Part shown: one piece after another, positions 26,501 through 38,609 of the stretch
Layout: each line of letters begins with the position of its first letter
Position numbering within the stretch: the stretch's first letter is position 1
Assembly (NCBI GenBank): GCA_002269645.1
Contig: NIVC01000042.1
Span: 124,001 to 188,000, forward strand
Direction: 5' to 3'
DNA: 64,000 nucleotides
From: Macrostomum lignano
Lineage: Eukaryota
Translations under genes and position numbers: made by a program
The notes under the pieces: generated by a model
The model's database searches: none
What the model saw: only the letters and a program-made list of their open reading frames with translations
Told to the model about the DNA's origin: nothing

Positions 26501-29500
26501 GGGCCTGCAGGAGTTCGCCGGCATGGTGAATTTCTACCACCGCTTCGTGCCGCGCGCCGCCCAGCTGCTGCGCCCCATCCATGCGGCCACTGCTGGCAAG
26601 GAGAAGCTCGTGAGGTGGACACCCGAGCTGACTGCCGCCTTCGAAAGAGCCAAGCGGGCACTGGCTTCCGCCGCACTGTTGGCGCACCCGCGGGCGGACG
26701 CGCCCATCGCCCTCACTGTCGACGCCTCGGACACCGCCGTCGGCGCAGCGCTCGAGCAGCGGGTGGGCGGCGCGTGGCAGCCGCTCGCTTTCTTCAGCCG
26801 GCAGCTCCGAGCGCCTGAGCAGAAGTACAGCGCGTTCGACCGTGAGCTGCTTGCCCTGTACCTGGCGGTCCGGCATTTCCGCTACGCGCTCGAGGGCCGC
26901 GCCTTCACCGCCTTCACGGACCACAAGCCACTCGTCGCGGCCATGTCTAAGATGTCGGACCCGTGGTCAGCACGACAGCAGCGGCATCTGGCGTACGTGT
27001 CTGAGTTCACCACCGATGTCCAGCATGTGGCGGGCAAGGACAACCCGGTGGCGGACGCGCTGTCCCGCTGCACGATCGCCTCGGTACAGCCCCGGCTGCT
27101 ACCCGGTGTGGACTTCGCGGCCATGGCGCAGGCGCAGACAGCAGACCCGACTGCCCAAGAGGACGCTAGCCTTCAGCTCGAGCCGCTGCAGCTCAGCCCT
27201 GGCGTCGCCCTGCTGTGCGACATCTCGACCGGCCGGCCGCGCCCGCTGGTGCCTCCGGATTTCCGCCGCGCCGTCTTCGACGCCATCCACGGCCTCGCCC
27301 ACCCGTCAGTCCGCAGCACGCGGCGCCTCGTGGCCGCCAAATTCGTGTGGGCTAGCATGAACCGGGACGTCAGCCGGTGGGCGCGCACTTGCGTAGCCTG
27401 CCAGACGGCCAAGGTGCATCGGCACGTCACCGCCCCGGTAGAGAGCATTCGCGTCCCAGACCAGCGCTTCGCCCACGTGCATGTCGACTTGGTGGGGCCG
27501 CTGCCGTCGTCTCAAGGCTTTACGCATCTGCTGACGATCGTTGACCGATTCACCAGGTGGCCGGAGGCGATCCCGATGACTGACACTTCCGCCGCAGCCT
27601 GTGCCTCCGCCTTCATCGCCCACTGGGTTGCCCGATTTGGCGTGCCGGGTGACCTCACCTCGGACCGCGGCTCGCAGTTCACGTCGCAGCTCTGGTCCAA
27701 CGTCTCCCGGCTGCTCGGCATGCAGCTGCACCGGACTACGGCCTTCCATCCGCAGGCGAACGGGCTGGTCGAGCGGTTCCATCGGCAGCTGAAGGCCGCC
27801 CTCAGGGCGCGGCTGACGGGACCGGCCTGGGTCAGCGAGCTGCCCTGGGTGCTGCTCGGCATCCGGACGGCGCCCAAGGAGGACCTGCCGGCATCGTCGG
27901 CTGAGCTGGTTTACGGAGCGCCCCTCTGCGTGCCCGGCGAGTGCCTGCAGCCCGGCCCGGCAACCGAAGGCCACGACCAGTTTGTCGTTCGGCTCCGCGA
28001 CGCAGTCCAGGCGTTCCGGCCGACACCCACGGCGCATCACGGCTGCCGCCCGACCGCCTGGCCCGCCGCACTCGATGCCTGCCCGTTCGTGTTCGTCCGG
28101 CGCGACGGTCACCGAGCCCCGCTGCAGAAGCCGTATGACGGCCCATTCAAGGTCCTCGAGCGGGACGCCAAGACTTTCCTGCTCGACCTGGGGACGCGCC
28201 AGGACCGCGTGACAGTCGACAGGTTGAAGCCGGCCATCATCGACTCGCGAGAGCCGGTCCCGCTGCCATCTGTACGACCGAGAGGCCGCCCGCCTAAGCG
28301 GCCTGTACCACCCTCGGCCGCCGCCGACAGCCAGCAACCCCAGGCCGCCCTCCCCAGCCGCCGGCAGCCGCCACGCCGGTGCCGCCGAACGGTTTTCGAC
28401 ACATAGCTCGGTGCTGGGGGGAGCTGTGTGGCGGCCCAATCAGCACGCAGCCAGCGATTGCGAGTACATCTGCACTGAAACCCCCTGCCCGCCAGGCTGG
28501 GGGTGGGTGTACTCGGACAGACAGTCAGTATGCTAAGTCGGGGGGGTTGGCCTTCAATCGTGCCACCTTTTTGGCGCACCTCCCCATGTGATCGCGTGCT
28601 TATTTATACTTACCGCGTAAAGCAAATAAACTTTCACTTTTCTCGCTTGCAACTTACTTCGTTTTTCGCAAGCCGCTAAAAACCCAACATATGTAATTGA
28701 AAACTCAAATTCAAGCATTATTTTCGGATTTTCGAAGTTTAAATATTCGCTTTTTTTACCGAGCGTATGCCTAAAAGCGTTACATAGCGGCTAGAAATCG
28801 ACTATTTTACAATTCTATGTAGAAATCTCCAAAATATATTATAAGCAGACTACTAGAAGTAGTAAGATAAAAATATGTAAAATACAAATTTTAAATACCA
28901 CCACCGGTTGTTTGAAAAACCGGTTCTCAACATCTATTTTAGAACTTGAAAATATGGTCAATGTTAACCTGAAAATGACCAAAATATCACCCCTTCCATT
29001 CAAAAACCCCACCTGTGCCAAGGTAGTCTCAAATTGTGTATAAATACAAGCCAAAAAGCCGAGCTGAAATCCCAGACTCGGAGCAGCCTCGGGAGAACTT
29101 GAAACTTATCAAGAACTGCTATCAAAACGAGGTTACATCTCTGAGAGAAGTGAATACCGATCAGTAAGCCTTTGTTGCAGTCTTTGTTATTTGATTAATT
29201 ATCGAGAGCTGAGTCATTGCCGGCCGTTACTGATCAGTTGATTTCTATTGAGTTCTTGAATTAGAGGCCTCCCTATTTCTAAATGATTGGATAGGATCCA
29301 TAGGATTGATTGACTTTGGTATCCTAGCGGCCTAGAGTAACAGATAGGGGCACACGACTCCGATTCCGTTATTTCTAGAAGACGCCCTTTCAGTGAACCT
29401 CGTTATTTAATTGATTTTTTATTACTAGGGCGCATCCCGGATATCTCGGATTACTGATCACAAGGAATGAATTAACCTCGACGGATTAAACTGTGTTACG

Positions 29501-30190
29501 TTCAATAAAGTGCTCTCCAACTCGACCGTCTTCAGAATTCAAGTGGAGAACCCCTTGGACCCCTTGAAGCGATTTTTGTCACGGTAACGTTTTCAATGGG
29601 TCAGGGGCCGGACTGTCTCATTGTAAGGCAGTGTACACGCACACTGTGTCTTGGAGCTTGGCCCTCATGGTGCTGCTACTTTGCCCACTCCAACCTCATG
29701 AAGAGGCACAGCGCATGATAAAACGCAACACTTTACACACCTGCATTCGCTGGCCATTGAGATCGGCGCCATTCAGCTTGTTCTGAGCTGTTGACGCCTC
29801 CTTGTAGTGCTCAAACTCAACCAGCGCGTAGCCTTTGATGTAGCCGGTTCGCCGGTTCAAATTTAAATGAAGGCTCTTCACCTCGCCGTACTCGTTGAAC
29901 TTGTCCATCAGATCGTCCTCGGTGGTCTCCTCGTGCAGGTTGCGCACGAACAGAATCCAGCCCTCCACTGAGCGCTGCGGACCGGCAGTGTCTCCGTCGT
30001 CAATGCCGACAGCGTCAAATTCCATCGTATCGTCGCGATCCTGCTCGGATTCGAAGCCGCGACCTTTGCGACTTTTGGCGCTCTCTTTAATCAAGCGGAC
30101 GCCTTCGTCGCCGCCGCCGCCGCCAACGACCTGTTCAAAATCATCTTCGGTGTCCTCCGTGATGCGAATTATGTCTCTGGTGTCGGCCAT
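23598..30190 (-). CDS. RBM8A: RNA-binding protein 8A / Y14 (exon junction complex core), 2 coding exons, 187 aa
   Basis: Exon 1 30190-29741 (MADT...RKGRGF...[13 protein letters not shown]...[20 protein letters not shown]...NGQRMQ, donor GTGTGT). Exon 2 23711-23598 (acceptor TTTCAG; VDWGFTRGP...RSRSR*, stop TAA). Phase 0 join completes the RRM. AATAAA on the minus strand at ~23474. Confidence 0.93.
24586..25308 (+). CDS. gag: Gag with CHCC zinc knuckle (240 aa)
   Basis: KLPTFW...[13 protein letters not shown]-terminus and [18 protein letters not shown] (CX2HX9CX3C), the motif characteristic of the CsRn1 clade. Confidence 0.93.
   Translation: MASNTEAAVSLKLPTFWAAQPRAWFIQAEAQFSLRGITQDATKYNYLVAALDQQTAERLLDILEAPPAEGKYETLKQRLKGTFDLTRQQRASRLLNMTGLGDRRPSELMDEMLALLGDHPPCLLFEELFRQQLPPDVRMAMATADFAEPRQAARLADRLWASRPQFTAASVQQPAVATSPPPDQPAVASASRSSRPARQHRPPQRGQDSGLCFYHRRFGAKAHRCEAPCSFQGNGQAGRQ
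25281..28406 (+). CDS. pol: Pol (protease-RT-RNaseH-integrase), reached by -1 frameshift
   Basis: [10 protein letters not shown] (PR), YIDD (RT), VDASD...FTDHKPL (RH), [24 protein letters not shown] (IN) and a GPF motif. No stops in the -1 frame relative to gag. Confidence 0.96.
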   Translation, partial: GKRAGRPSVNSSAAGNNSNLLLIPDVLTGRRFLVDTGAEVSIFPVTGTDARLRSTGPPLYAANGSLIRTFGSRQLTLDLGIKRCSWPFVLAEVSRPLIGADFLRHHGLLVDLPHRRLLDTCSLASVHLLDGIGPGLQLAAAATADPYSQLLAEFPALTEPSFQRAAPRHGVEHHIPTQGPPVHARPRRLPPDKLAVAKEEFRLLEQLGIVRRSNSPWSSPLHMVPKASGGWRPCGDFRRLNDATVPDRYPVPHIQDFSARLAGCSVFSKIDLVRGYHQVPVAAADVPKTAVITPFGLFEFLRMPFGLKNAAQAFQRLVDSVCQDLDFVFAYIDDFLVASRSPQQHLEHLRTLFQRLADNGLIINPAKCEFGRSEIDFLGHRISAQGAVPLPAKVDAIARFAPPATVKGLQEFAGMVNFYHRFVPRAAQLLRPIHAATAGKEKLVRWTPELTAAFERAKRALASAALLAHPRADAPIALTVDASDTAVGAALEQRVGGAWQPLAFFSRQLRAPEQKYSAFDRELLALYLAVRHFRYALEGRAFTAFTDHKPLVAAMSKMSDPWSARQQRHLAYVSEFTTDVQHVAGKDNPVADALSRCTIASVQPRLLPGVDFAAMAQAQTADPTAQEDASLQLEPLQLSPGVALLCDISTGRPRPLVPPDFRRAVFDAIHGLAHPSVRSTRRLVAAKFVWASMNRDVSRWARTCVACQTAKVHRHVTAPVESIRVPDQRFAHVHVDLVGPLPSSQGFTHLLTIVDRFTRWPEAIPMTDTSAAACASAFIAHWVARFGVPGDLTSDRGSQFTSQLWSNVSRLLGMQLHRTTAFHPQANGLVERFHRQLKAALRARLTGPAWVSELPWVLLGIRTAPKEDLPASSAELVYGAPLCVPGECLQPGPATEGHDQFVVRLRDAVQAFRPTPTAHHGCRPTAWPAALDACPFVFVRRDGHRAPLQKPYDGPFKVLERDAKTFLLDLGTRQDRVTVDRLKPAIIDSREPVPLPSVRPRGRPPKRPVPPSAAADSQQPQAALPSRRQPPRRCRRTVFDT

Positions 30191-30241
30191 GCTAGCGATG
30201 CGGTCTGTTGAGCTTTAATAGGCAATAAGCGAGTGAGGTTC

Positions 30242-30450
30242 TGATTGGCTAAGAGAGGAGACTTCTGGATTGGATGCTTCCGATTGGCTGAGAGAGGGGC
30301 TACTAGATTGGATGCTTCTGATTGGCTGGGAGTGGAGACTACTAAATCGGGTGCTTCTGATTGGCTGAGAAAGGAGACTACTGGATTGGATGCTTCTGAT
30401 TGGTTGAGAGAGGAGACTATTGGATTGGATGCTTTTGATTGGCTGGGAGC
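30242..30450 (-). promoter_or_regulatory. 39-bp tandem array carrying ~10 CCAAT boxes immediately upstream of RBM8A
   Basis: About 5.3 units of TGATTGGCTGAGAGAGGAGACTACTGGATTGGATGCTTC, i.e. AGCCAATC/ATCCAATC on the gene's sense strand, 50-260 bp before the ATG. Confidence 0.55.
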
Positions 30451-31014
30451 GATGGCGTACATTATTGGATACTTATTAATTGAAAACTTTGTGTATGGTA
30501 CAGCTGAAGGAAGTTCAAATGCGTAAATGAAGAAAACATTGAACAAAACAACAGGCCTTTAACACAGATTTAAATTCATCAAAGTTTTCTAATGAAAGCA
30601 TAAAATTTAAGCAACCACGAATTTTTATTTAATACAGGCGGACAGAAATTTCGCGAAAGAGAATCCAATTAAATGAAAATAGTAGTAGTGTATGCACATC
30701 AAAGTGAAATCAAATTTGGAGTGGAGTTACATAATTTGAATTTACAATATAAGAATAATCGAAACCTCCAATACAATACTAAATATTTGAGTAGAATTGG
30801 ATCATCAATTAACAGGCAATATTGAGAGAAAAGTAAGACAAGAAATTCTCAATAGTAGTCTTAGAGAAGGTAATCATACACCTTTACTATGCCTGACCGG
30901 AATAAGTAAGCACATACTCGTATGTGACTTCATGACAACTCAGTCTGCGTATTACTGGTTGGCAGATATTTATTATTTACATTTAAGAAAACTTTCTAGA
31001 CTACCTGACGGATA

Positions 31015-32000
31015 ACTAAACTCTATCTGATACTCGTAGATTACTAGACTATCTGAGATTTCAAAACTCTATCTGACAGATTACTGAACTCTATCTGACA
31101 GATTACTGAACTCTATCTGACAGATTACTGAACTCTATCTGACAGATTACTGAACTCTATCTGACAGATTACTGAACTCTATCTGACAGATTACTGAACT
31201 CTATCTGACAGATTACTGAACTCAATCTGACAGATTACTGAACTCTATCTGACAGATTACTGAACTCAATCTGACAGATTACTGAACTCTATCTGACAGA
31301 TTACTGAACTCTATCTGACAGATTACTAAACTCTATCTGACAGATTACTAAACTCTATCTGACAGATTACTAAACTCTATCTGACAGATTACTGAACTCT
31401 ATCTGACAGATTACTAAACTCAATCTGACAGATTACTAGACTCTATCTGACAGATTACTGAACTCTATCTGACAGATTACTGAACTCAATCTGACAGATT
31501 ACTAAATTCTATCTGACAGATTACTGAACTCTATCTGACAGATTACTGAACTCAATCTGACAGATTACTGAACTCAATCTGACAGATTACTGAACTCAAT
31601 CTGACAGATTACTGAACTCTATCTGACAGATTACTAAACTCTATCTGACAGATTACTAAACTCTATCTGACAGATTACTAAACTCTATCTGACAGATTAC
31701 TAAACTCAATCTGACAGATTACTGAACTCTATCTGACAGATTACTAGACTCAATCTGACAGATTACTAAACTCTATCTGACAGATTACTGAACTCTATCT
31801 GACAGATTACTAAACTCAATCTGACAGATTACTAAACTCTATCTGACAGATTACTGAACTCTATCTGACAGATTACTAGACTCTATCTGACAGATTACTG
31901 AACTCTATCTGACAGATTACTAAACTCTATCTGACAGATTACTGAACTCAATCTGACAGATTACTGAACTCTATCTGACAGATTACTGAACTCAATCTGA
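31015..32000 (+). repeat. 22-bp minisatellite (ACTCTATCTGACAGATTACTGA)
   Basis: About 44 units starting ~70 bp downstream of the LAMTOR5 stop. Confidence 0.98.
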
Positions 32001-32068
32001 CACAGTAATACACTTACTTAATTACAGGCACCCATCAGAATCCAGACTGCAGTGCTATTAAAGCAGAC

Positions 32069-32374
32069 TCAAGTGTTAAATTTAAACACGGCAGTTGTAA
32101 CCCCGCTGCCAACATCAGGCGCCTGTGACACAAGCATGCACATGCTGTCCGTGTTAACAGACACAGCAGTAACCCGCGGCCCACTGCTAGAGCTGGATGC
32201 CTCCCTAGCCAGTGCCGTTGCATGGTCGGCCAAGCTTTTCACGGCGCCAGAAATATCGCCAGACACGGCGCCTTTACTAGCCAGAGGCAGGCCTCGAGAG
32301 TCCACTGCCAGTACGGCAACAACGCCTTCGGTGTTCATAACAGTGTCTAGCTGAGACTTCAGCTGCTTCTCCAT
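32069..32374 (-). CDS. LAMTOR5: Ragulator subunit LAMTOR5/HBXIP (101 aa, single coding exon)
   Basis: MEKQLKSQLDTVMNTEGVVAVLAVDSRGLPLASKG...VTTAVFK aligns by eye with human [35 protein letters not shown]...ITVAVHK (roadblock fold). Confidence 0.85.
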   Translation of the reverse strand: MEKQLKSQLDTVMNTEGVVAVLAVDSRGLPLASKGAVSGDISGAVKSLADHATALAREASSSSSGPRVTAVSVNTDSMCMLVSQAPDVGSGVTTAVFKFNT

Positions 32375-35300
32375 TGTCTGGGCTTGTTTAAAGATTCATG
32401 AGTGCATTGGCAGTTTATTTAACATCACCAGATGAAACTATTGCCACAAACTGTCTGGTCTAACAGACCCACATTACAGAAACTGCACTTCCCATAAAAA
32501 ATATCAAAATATTATAAAGGCACAAAGCTCAAAAGAAGCAGTGTATGAACATTTGCATTATAAAACTGTATAATATAATTTTTAGTATATATACAAATGA
32601 TTAATAGGGTCTTGTGGCAGTCAGACCAGTGCATGGCTAAGAATGGGACCTACTTGTATCCTATGCTCCTGTATACCTGGCTGCTAGATGGGTTTTTTCC
32701 TAGCCAGCTAGCTCAATAGCTGATGGTGTATATAGTCAGGAGGGCAGTAGAGTTTACCAAGTTTTCTGGTGCAAATACTCATAGGCTATTCCTCCAGCAC
32801 ACTTGGCACATTTGGTGCATGGCATAGATTCCTATGATCAGTAATTAATATAAGAATCTGCTTTTTGGAAGTTAATTTGTTATAATTGTATTAACTATAA
32901 CAACAATTATAATTTTATTATGAACATGAAAGACGGCTCAAAGATCAAACTTAATTTGCTATTTGCTATTTACTATTATTATACAAATAGCTTTTTTAAC
33001 ATTGTTTTTGAAATATGACAAACCCAAATGCTGGTGCAAAATAGTTTTGGTGCATGAAAAATTTTTGGGGAAATTTATTCTAGCACACATAGTGCATCTT
33101 CCTGACTATGGGTTGCATATAAAGACCTATGCTTAACAAATAAACTCTTTGCTTATTTGCTAAACTTCAATGACTACTGACAAGATGCTTCAGTTTATTC
33201 ATTTTTTTGAATAATAGTTACGAGTCATACTTTGGCAATAGTCAGTTTTGTGACAATCATTTTGAAGGACTTATCCATTTTGGTGAAAGGTTACTTTGGT
33301 GCTAAATGCATATAAAGCATTGAGTATTTGTTTATAATTGTTTATTTGTGGTTTTTAAAGGTTAATATTTAATCATCTTGCACTTGGAAATTGATGAGAT
33401 GACCAAGTTCAAAAGTTTATTGATTGGCCAATTGACAAAATGACCTGTGGGCAATGCTTCCTAGTTGACAAAACACCAGTTGACAATTTGACTAGGGTCT
33501 TAACTAAGTCTAAAATGCATTGTTAGCAAAATAATATTAATCACACTCATACATATGCAACTCTTGGCCGACCTGGCCACCATAAATTGTGGTGGACCAG
33601 GGTTAAGTCAAAAAATGCCTACCCAAAAAAACAGACAAGTACTAATTAGATGACAATGCATTCAGCCTTAATAAGACAATCAAGTTACTCCTGCCATTTA
33701 CCCAAAATTAAATTAATTTTTGCTTACAGGTAAAATACATCTTTGGTTAAAAAGTAAGTTGCATAGCCAGTGTAAATCAGGGAGGTTGCACAGGGAGGTA
33801 GCATATCTACTTCTCTATCTACTTCTATATTTTCCCTGAGGTGGGTCTCTCAGACTCTGAGTCTGGATTATCTACCCTTTGGTAGGTGTTCTACCTTCTA
33901 AGGCAATCTTCCTTAGACTACTGAGTAATTCCCACTTTTAGCGGTTCTCAATTCTCCCAATTTGGAATTTCTTAGTTCTCAATAAATAAATAAGCCAATT
34001 TGAACAATTGCTTAAAGATTTCAATTGCTTCCATAGGTGCACGCAGCAAGTCTAATGCTCGAGTTGCTCAAGTTGCCTTTTTTGGCCCACTCTGGGCTTC
34101 TATTTATATCATGTTTTGGAATGGTTTTAAACAAAAGTTAATATTTTCTTCAACAACATTCAAACAAAATTTGTGCAAATTTAAATGTGCATATTTTTAA
34201 GAAAGTGTAGCAAAAATGTAATGTATTAAATGTGTATACAAAAATAGGCTATTATTTCTTACTTTAAAAATACAAGCACTACCTCGATTTGGTTGATATA
34301 ATATATATTAATTAGGCCTAGACAAAATAGATTCTAATTATATGTTGTATCTTTTATCTTATGTCCCACTTATGTTATATACTATGACCTACATATATTA
34401 TACTATAATAATAGTGAAATTAGTCCTAGAATATGAGTATTTTAATAAATTGAGGCACTTGTTTGTATTTTCATGATATTGTATAAATATTACCATCATT
34501 ATTTATACGGTAACTAAAAAAACTAGTTTTATAGATTGTATAGCACTTATAAGGGGCTATGGCTATGTTCTAGTTACATTTGACAAAAATCCATCTTTTT
34601 TAAGGCAAATAAAGTGTATTTTAGTTCATTTCTTTTGAAACACCCTTTTACTTTGCATTTTTAACAGTACAAGCTAATAAAAAATGTTAGGCCTTAACAT
34701 AAACACATAAATCATACCTAAACTCCATTTACTGGCTTTAGTTAGTTTAATCTTGTTATAAAAATAAAAGATACAAGGACAAATAATGAGTAGTCCCTGG
34801 TTTATAAGATAATTATTTATAAGGGGCCCTATTTATTTTAGTTATTGTGTAAATAACACTAGCAATATTTATATAGTACCATGCAAATAATGACTGCTAC
34901 AAATGAAGACAAACTAATAATAAAATTAATATTAATAATAAGAATTAGGTCTGAGTTATTTAGACTAGGCCTTAGTTATACTTCTAAGTTCTAGTCTAAT
35001 CCAGGGGTCAGCCTAGACAAGAGTCCCCAGTCTAGCCCCCCTAAGCCTTCCAATCCAATCTGGCCACCAAGGCCCTTGATGATCTAACATTGCATCTAGC
35101 CAGGGACTCTTGGGCTCGCTTTGCTTAGGGGGACATGACACTCATTTCGGGGCTTGACAATTTGAGGTTAATCTCTTAAAAAAGGAAGAATGAGGAGGCT
35201 GGGAAAGATGGTTTATAGAAATGCTAGCTATAAACTATGCTGGTACAGCTATCTGTATATATATGTGCATTTGACTATTAATAATGGGAGGGGTCAAAGG

Positions 35301-35579
35301 AGGTAGATCTCACAAAGAGAAGAAATGCTGTGGAAGATAGGAAATGACATTAAGAAGCACACTGTACAAAAGGCTCACACTATATAAATGTGTGTGAATT
35401 TTTGGATGAATGAGTCAATCAGACTCATAATTAAAATTTAAAGAACATGCACAGCACAGATTTCAATCAGTAAATTAGGGGCCTAGAATTATTCAGACAG
35501 TTAGAAAATCTGCTTGTCAGCAACAAGAATAGACTTGAAGGTGGCTTCAATAGTCTTTCAGATAAAGATCATTTAGGTA

Positions 35580-36565
35580 TGGCTTATTATCATATCTAGG
35601 CTACAGTTAAACTTTGTGATGTCAATGAAAAGCAAAAGCACTTAGAATTTCTATTGGAGCAATTATACCTAGCTCTTAGAAAATCAAAGGAATACTCACA
35701 TTCAACTTTTACATTTGCCTGTTTGCTGCAAAGCCACAGCTTGTCAGCATACAAGTTGTTGCTGGACTTTTCCACTATTGAACTATTAAGCATTTGTCAT
35801 CTTTAGAGATTGGCATCTACCTTTAGCATAGAAAATTCTGCAGAATTGATAATAGGCTTAAAGTACCTGAGAACAAGGATGGAGTCCCTAAGCAAGATAA
35901 CAAAGCATGTTGTTTTAATGGTAGATGAGGTGTATGCTGCCAAAAAGATTGAATTTGTAGGAGGAAAGCTTTATACATAGTGTTGATAGAGTCAGATCAG
36001 TAGGCTAAAACTGTTCTAGCATTCATGATATGATCACTTCAATCAGGCTATCAAGACAGTCTAAATGATCCCTATTAGCTCTCTTAATGTCAAAAAGCTA
36101 AACTTGTCAACAGCTAGACTTAAATCAGTCTATTCTAGTGCTGACAACAACAATAGTCCCAATTGTAAGCTTTTTTGTAGGCTAGGGCCTATGCTCTATG
36201 GAGGATAGCAGATAAAGTCACACATTCTAAACCTAAAAACTAAGGAACCATTTTTTTTGCTAGTTGATCCAATACACAACTTTAGGAATATTTACTACAA
36301 CTAGATCAGTTGAGGCATCTTTGAGTTTCTAGATTTTTAGAGTATTGCCACCTTTGGCCCAAACAAATTGATCACAATCATAACTGATTTTTGTCATTTG
36401 TAGGCTGCACTCTGAAGGGAAATCCAGTAAGAATAGGCCTAGCCCATTGTTGAGCAAAATAGGCCCCCTAGTTCTTGATCCAACTGATATCAAAAAGACA
36501 AATGTAAGCCTTGCAGCTGCTATCTTCAATGAAAGCACTATTGCTACTTTGAAGTTTTATAATAG
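35580..36565 (+). pseudogene. Degraded P-element/THAP9-type transposase
   Basis: Broken frames give YSHSTFTFACLLQSHSLSAYKLL, HVVLMVDEVYAAKKIEFVGGK, KTVLAFMI, FLLVDPIHNFRNIYYN and KTNVSLAAAIFNESTIATLKFY, which are the ordered motifs of P-type transposases. Many stops. Confidence 0.75.
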
Positions 36566-38609
36566 GCTATGCACGCGGCGCATGACCAAGGTGGCCACAG
36601 CTCTAAGTGTCTAAATAGATAATAATAAGCATACATAAGCCTAGGTCTATATATTTCACTTATTTCCTATTGGTAATAATTAGAGAAATAGATGCTAAAA
36701 ATATATTATATTGGAATTATATTATATTAGGCCCTTATATTATAGTCATTCCTTTGGCTTTAGCTTTTATTATAGCTTGACCTATATATATTTATTCATT
36801 ACACCAAGCAAGTAGGCCTAGCCTAACACAAAATAAATACCTTGCCTTATTGTATATTTATCTTAATTTTGTATAGCATTACTAGTAGCAGTGGTTTCTT
36901 AATAAACAGATTATTGATAGATTTAATGATAGGTGATAGAAAATAAGTGATAGATTTGATAGATGTAATGATAGGGAATAAATTGGCATAAACACTGAAA
37001 AAGATTAAAGTTTTTGTATTAGGCCCTATAAGTAATTAGTTTAAAATCTATTAGGCCTATTGCATCAGTATTATGAATATGATTGATTAAACATAATAAT
37101 TAATATAACAATAGCTACTATGTTGCTAATTAATGATAAAAAGAGAGCAGAGCCAAAGAGATTCAATGTTGTGGCCATCTTGGTGTGTGGCCATCTTGGT
37201 CTTATACCATGCACGCTGGCACTATAATGTTTATTTCTTTAGCATCTAAGATGTGGAACATCTGGAATACCAAGATGATCAACAAAAGGGCAGAGAGAAA
37301 CTTCTTCTTTTGTTCACACTGACCATGATGCAGCGGTAGGCCCCTAGGCCTAGTTTTTACTTATTTATATTATTAGCCCCTGGACCCCTGAGCCCTTGAA
37401 AAAATTGGCTTTCAGGGGTTGCCGATTGCCCTGTGCCTATTCTAGCCAATATATTATAGGCCTAGAGTCTAGATTTACACTGATAAAAATAACAGACAGA
37501 AGTTACAAGTCCACTCCTAGACCTAAATAAGGTAGGTCGGACTCGTAGCTCCCTCGTAGGTGAACTATTGTCCAATATTTACAGAAAACTTGATTGAAAA
37601 AGTAACTTTAGATGGTCAAAGGCTGACAGTGACAGTGTAATTATCATAGAGGCCTAACCTAAAATCCGTCACCCATCCTAGGGTTACACCAAATTCGTCA
37701 ACATCTAATAATTCATCATCAACAGAGACCTATAATGTGAGAAATTTCGAGGAAATCGAATTCGTCAACAGTTAAAACAAGCTGAGCGAATTCGTCAACA
37801 AATAAGGCAGAGTACATGTATATCCAGAGTCTGCCGGGGTCTTGCAGCTTGTGTGCTGCATATGCTTTGTTACAATTACAATTGCACCCATGCACCACCC
37901 ATTGTATTGAAGTATTATGGGGCTGAGATGTATACCCCCCAATTTATAAACTGGGTGATTTGTTAATAACTTTTTGCTCTCGCACTTATCAGTATGGCTG
38001 ACTTGTGTGCCATCTGCAAAACAGTGGTACGACCTCGTAAACATGGGCTTCTCTGTGATGGTTGCTATCAATGGGTACATCGCGAGTTTGCCTAAAAGGT
38101 AACGACCAGCGCATGTACACATTTACATGTACATGGTATATGAATTGAATGTTTATTTAACGCTTTAACAAGACAGTAGTATTTGCATTTTAGGGCAGCA
38201 AAAATGTCACTCGAGACATACAGGAAGCTTCGGAAGAGGGAGACATTTGCCTGGAAGTGACTATAGCTACTACATGTACATGTACCTGCAATCCTGATGT
38301 TGCAGTCCAACCAGACGGTGTCCAACCAGATGGTGCAGTCCAGCCAGACGGTGTCCAACCAGGTGTCCAACCAGATGGTGCCCAGCATGAGATCAAACTC
38401 GAAGCGATTGAAATTTAGGTTTTTTGAGAGTGAGAGTATTGAGAGAGTATGAGAGTATTTTTAAAGGGTATGAATGAAAGGGTAGAAATGCTTTACACTT
38501 TTAGGGGGGTTTACGTTGATAAAGGGGACAGGGATAATTCATTCGAACTCCTTCCTGGCGCCAGCGAGAAGGGGAAGGACCTCCTTCAGCGTACTGGCCA
38601 AGGGGAGTA

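Larger units (their letters stand above)
24303..28680 (+). mobile_element. Intact Ty3/Gypsy LTR retrotransposon, CsRn1/Kabuki/Boudicca-like clade
   Basis: LTRs 24303-24555 and 28427-28680 are identical except one T indel. 4-bp TSD AACC (24299-24302, 28681-28684). PBS TGGTGAGCCCGAC at 24557-24569 resembles the tRNA-Trp PBS. Purine tract GGGGGAG precedes the 3' LTR. Open gag and pol. Confidence 0.97.

Noticed and set aside
24720-28579. Many overlapping and antisense ORFs (e.g. 24887-26278, 27306-28439)
   Set aside because: Shadow frames of the GC-rich gag/pol.
29696-29740. ORF-track C-terminus of RBM8A ([14 protein letters not shown])
   Set aside because: Intron read-through. The conserved VDW.F end is encoded at 23598-23711.
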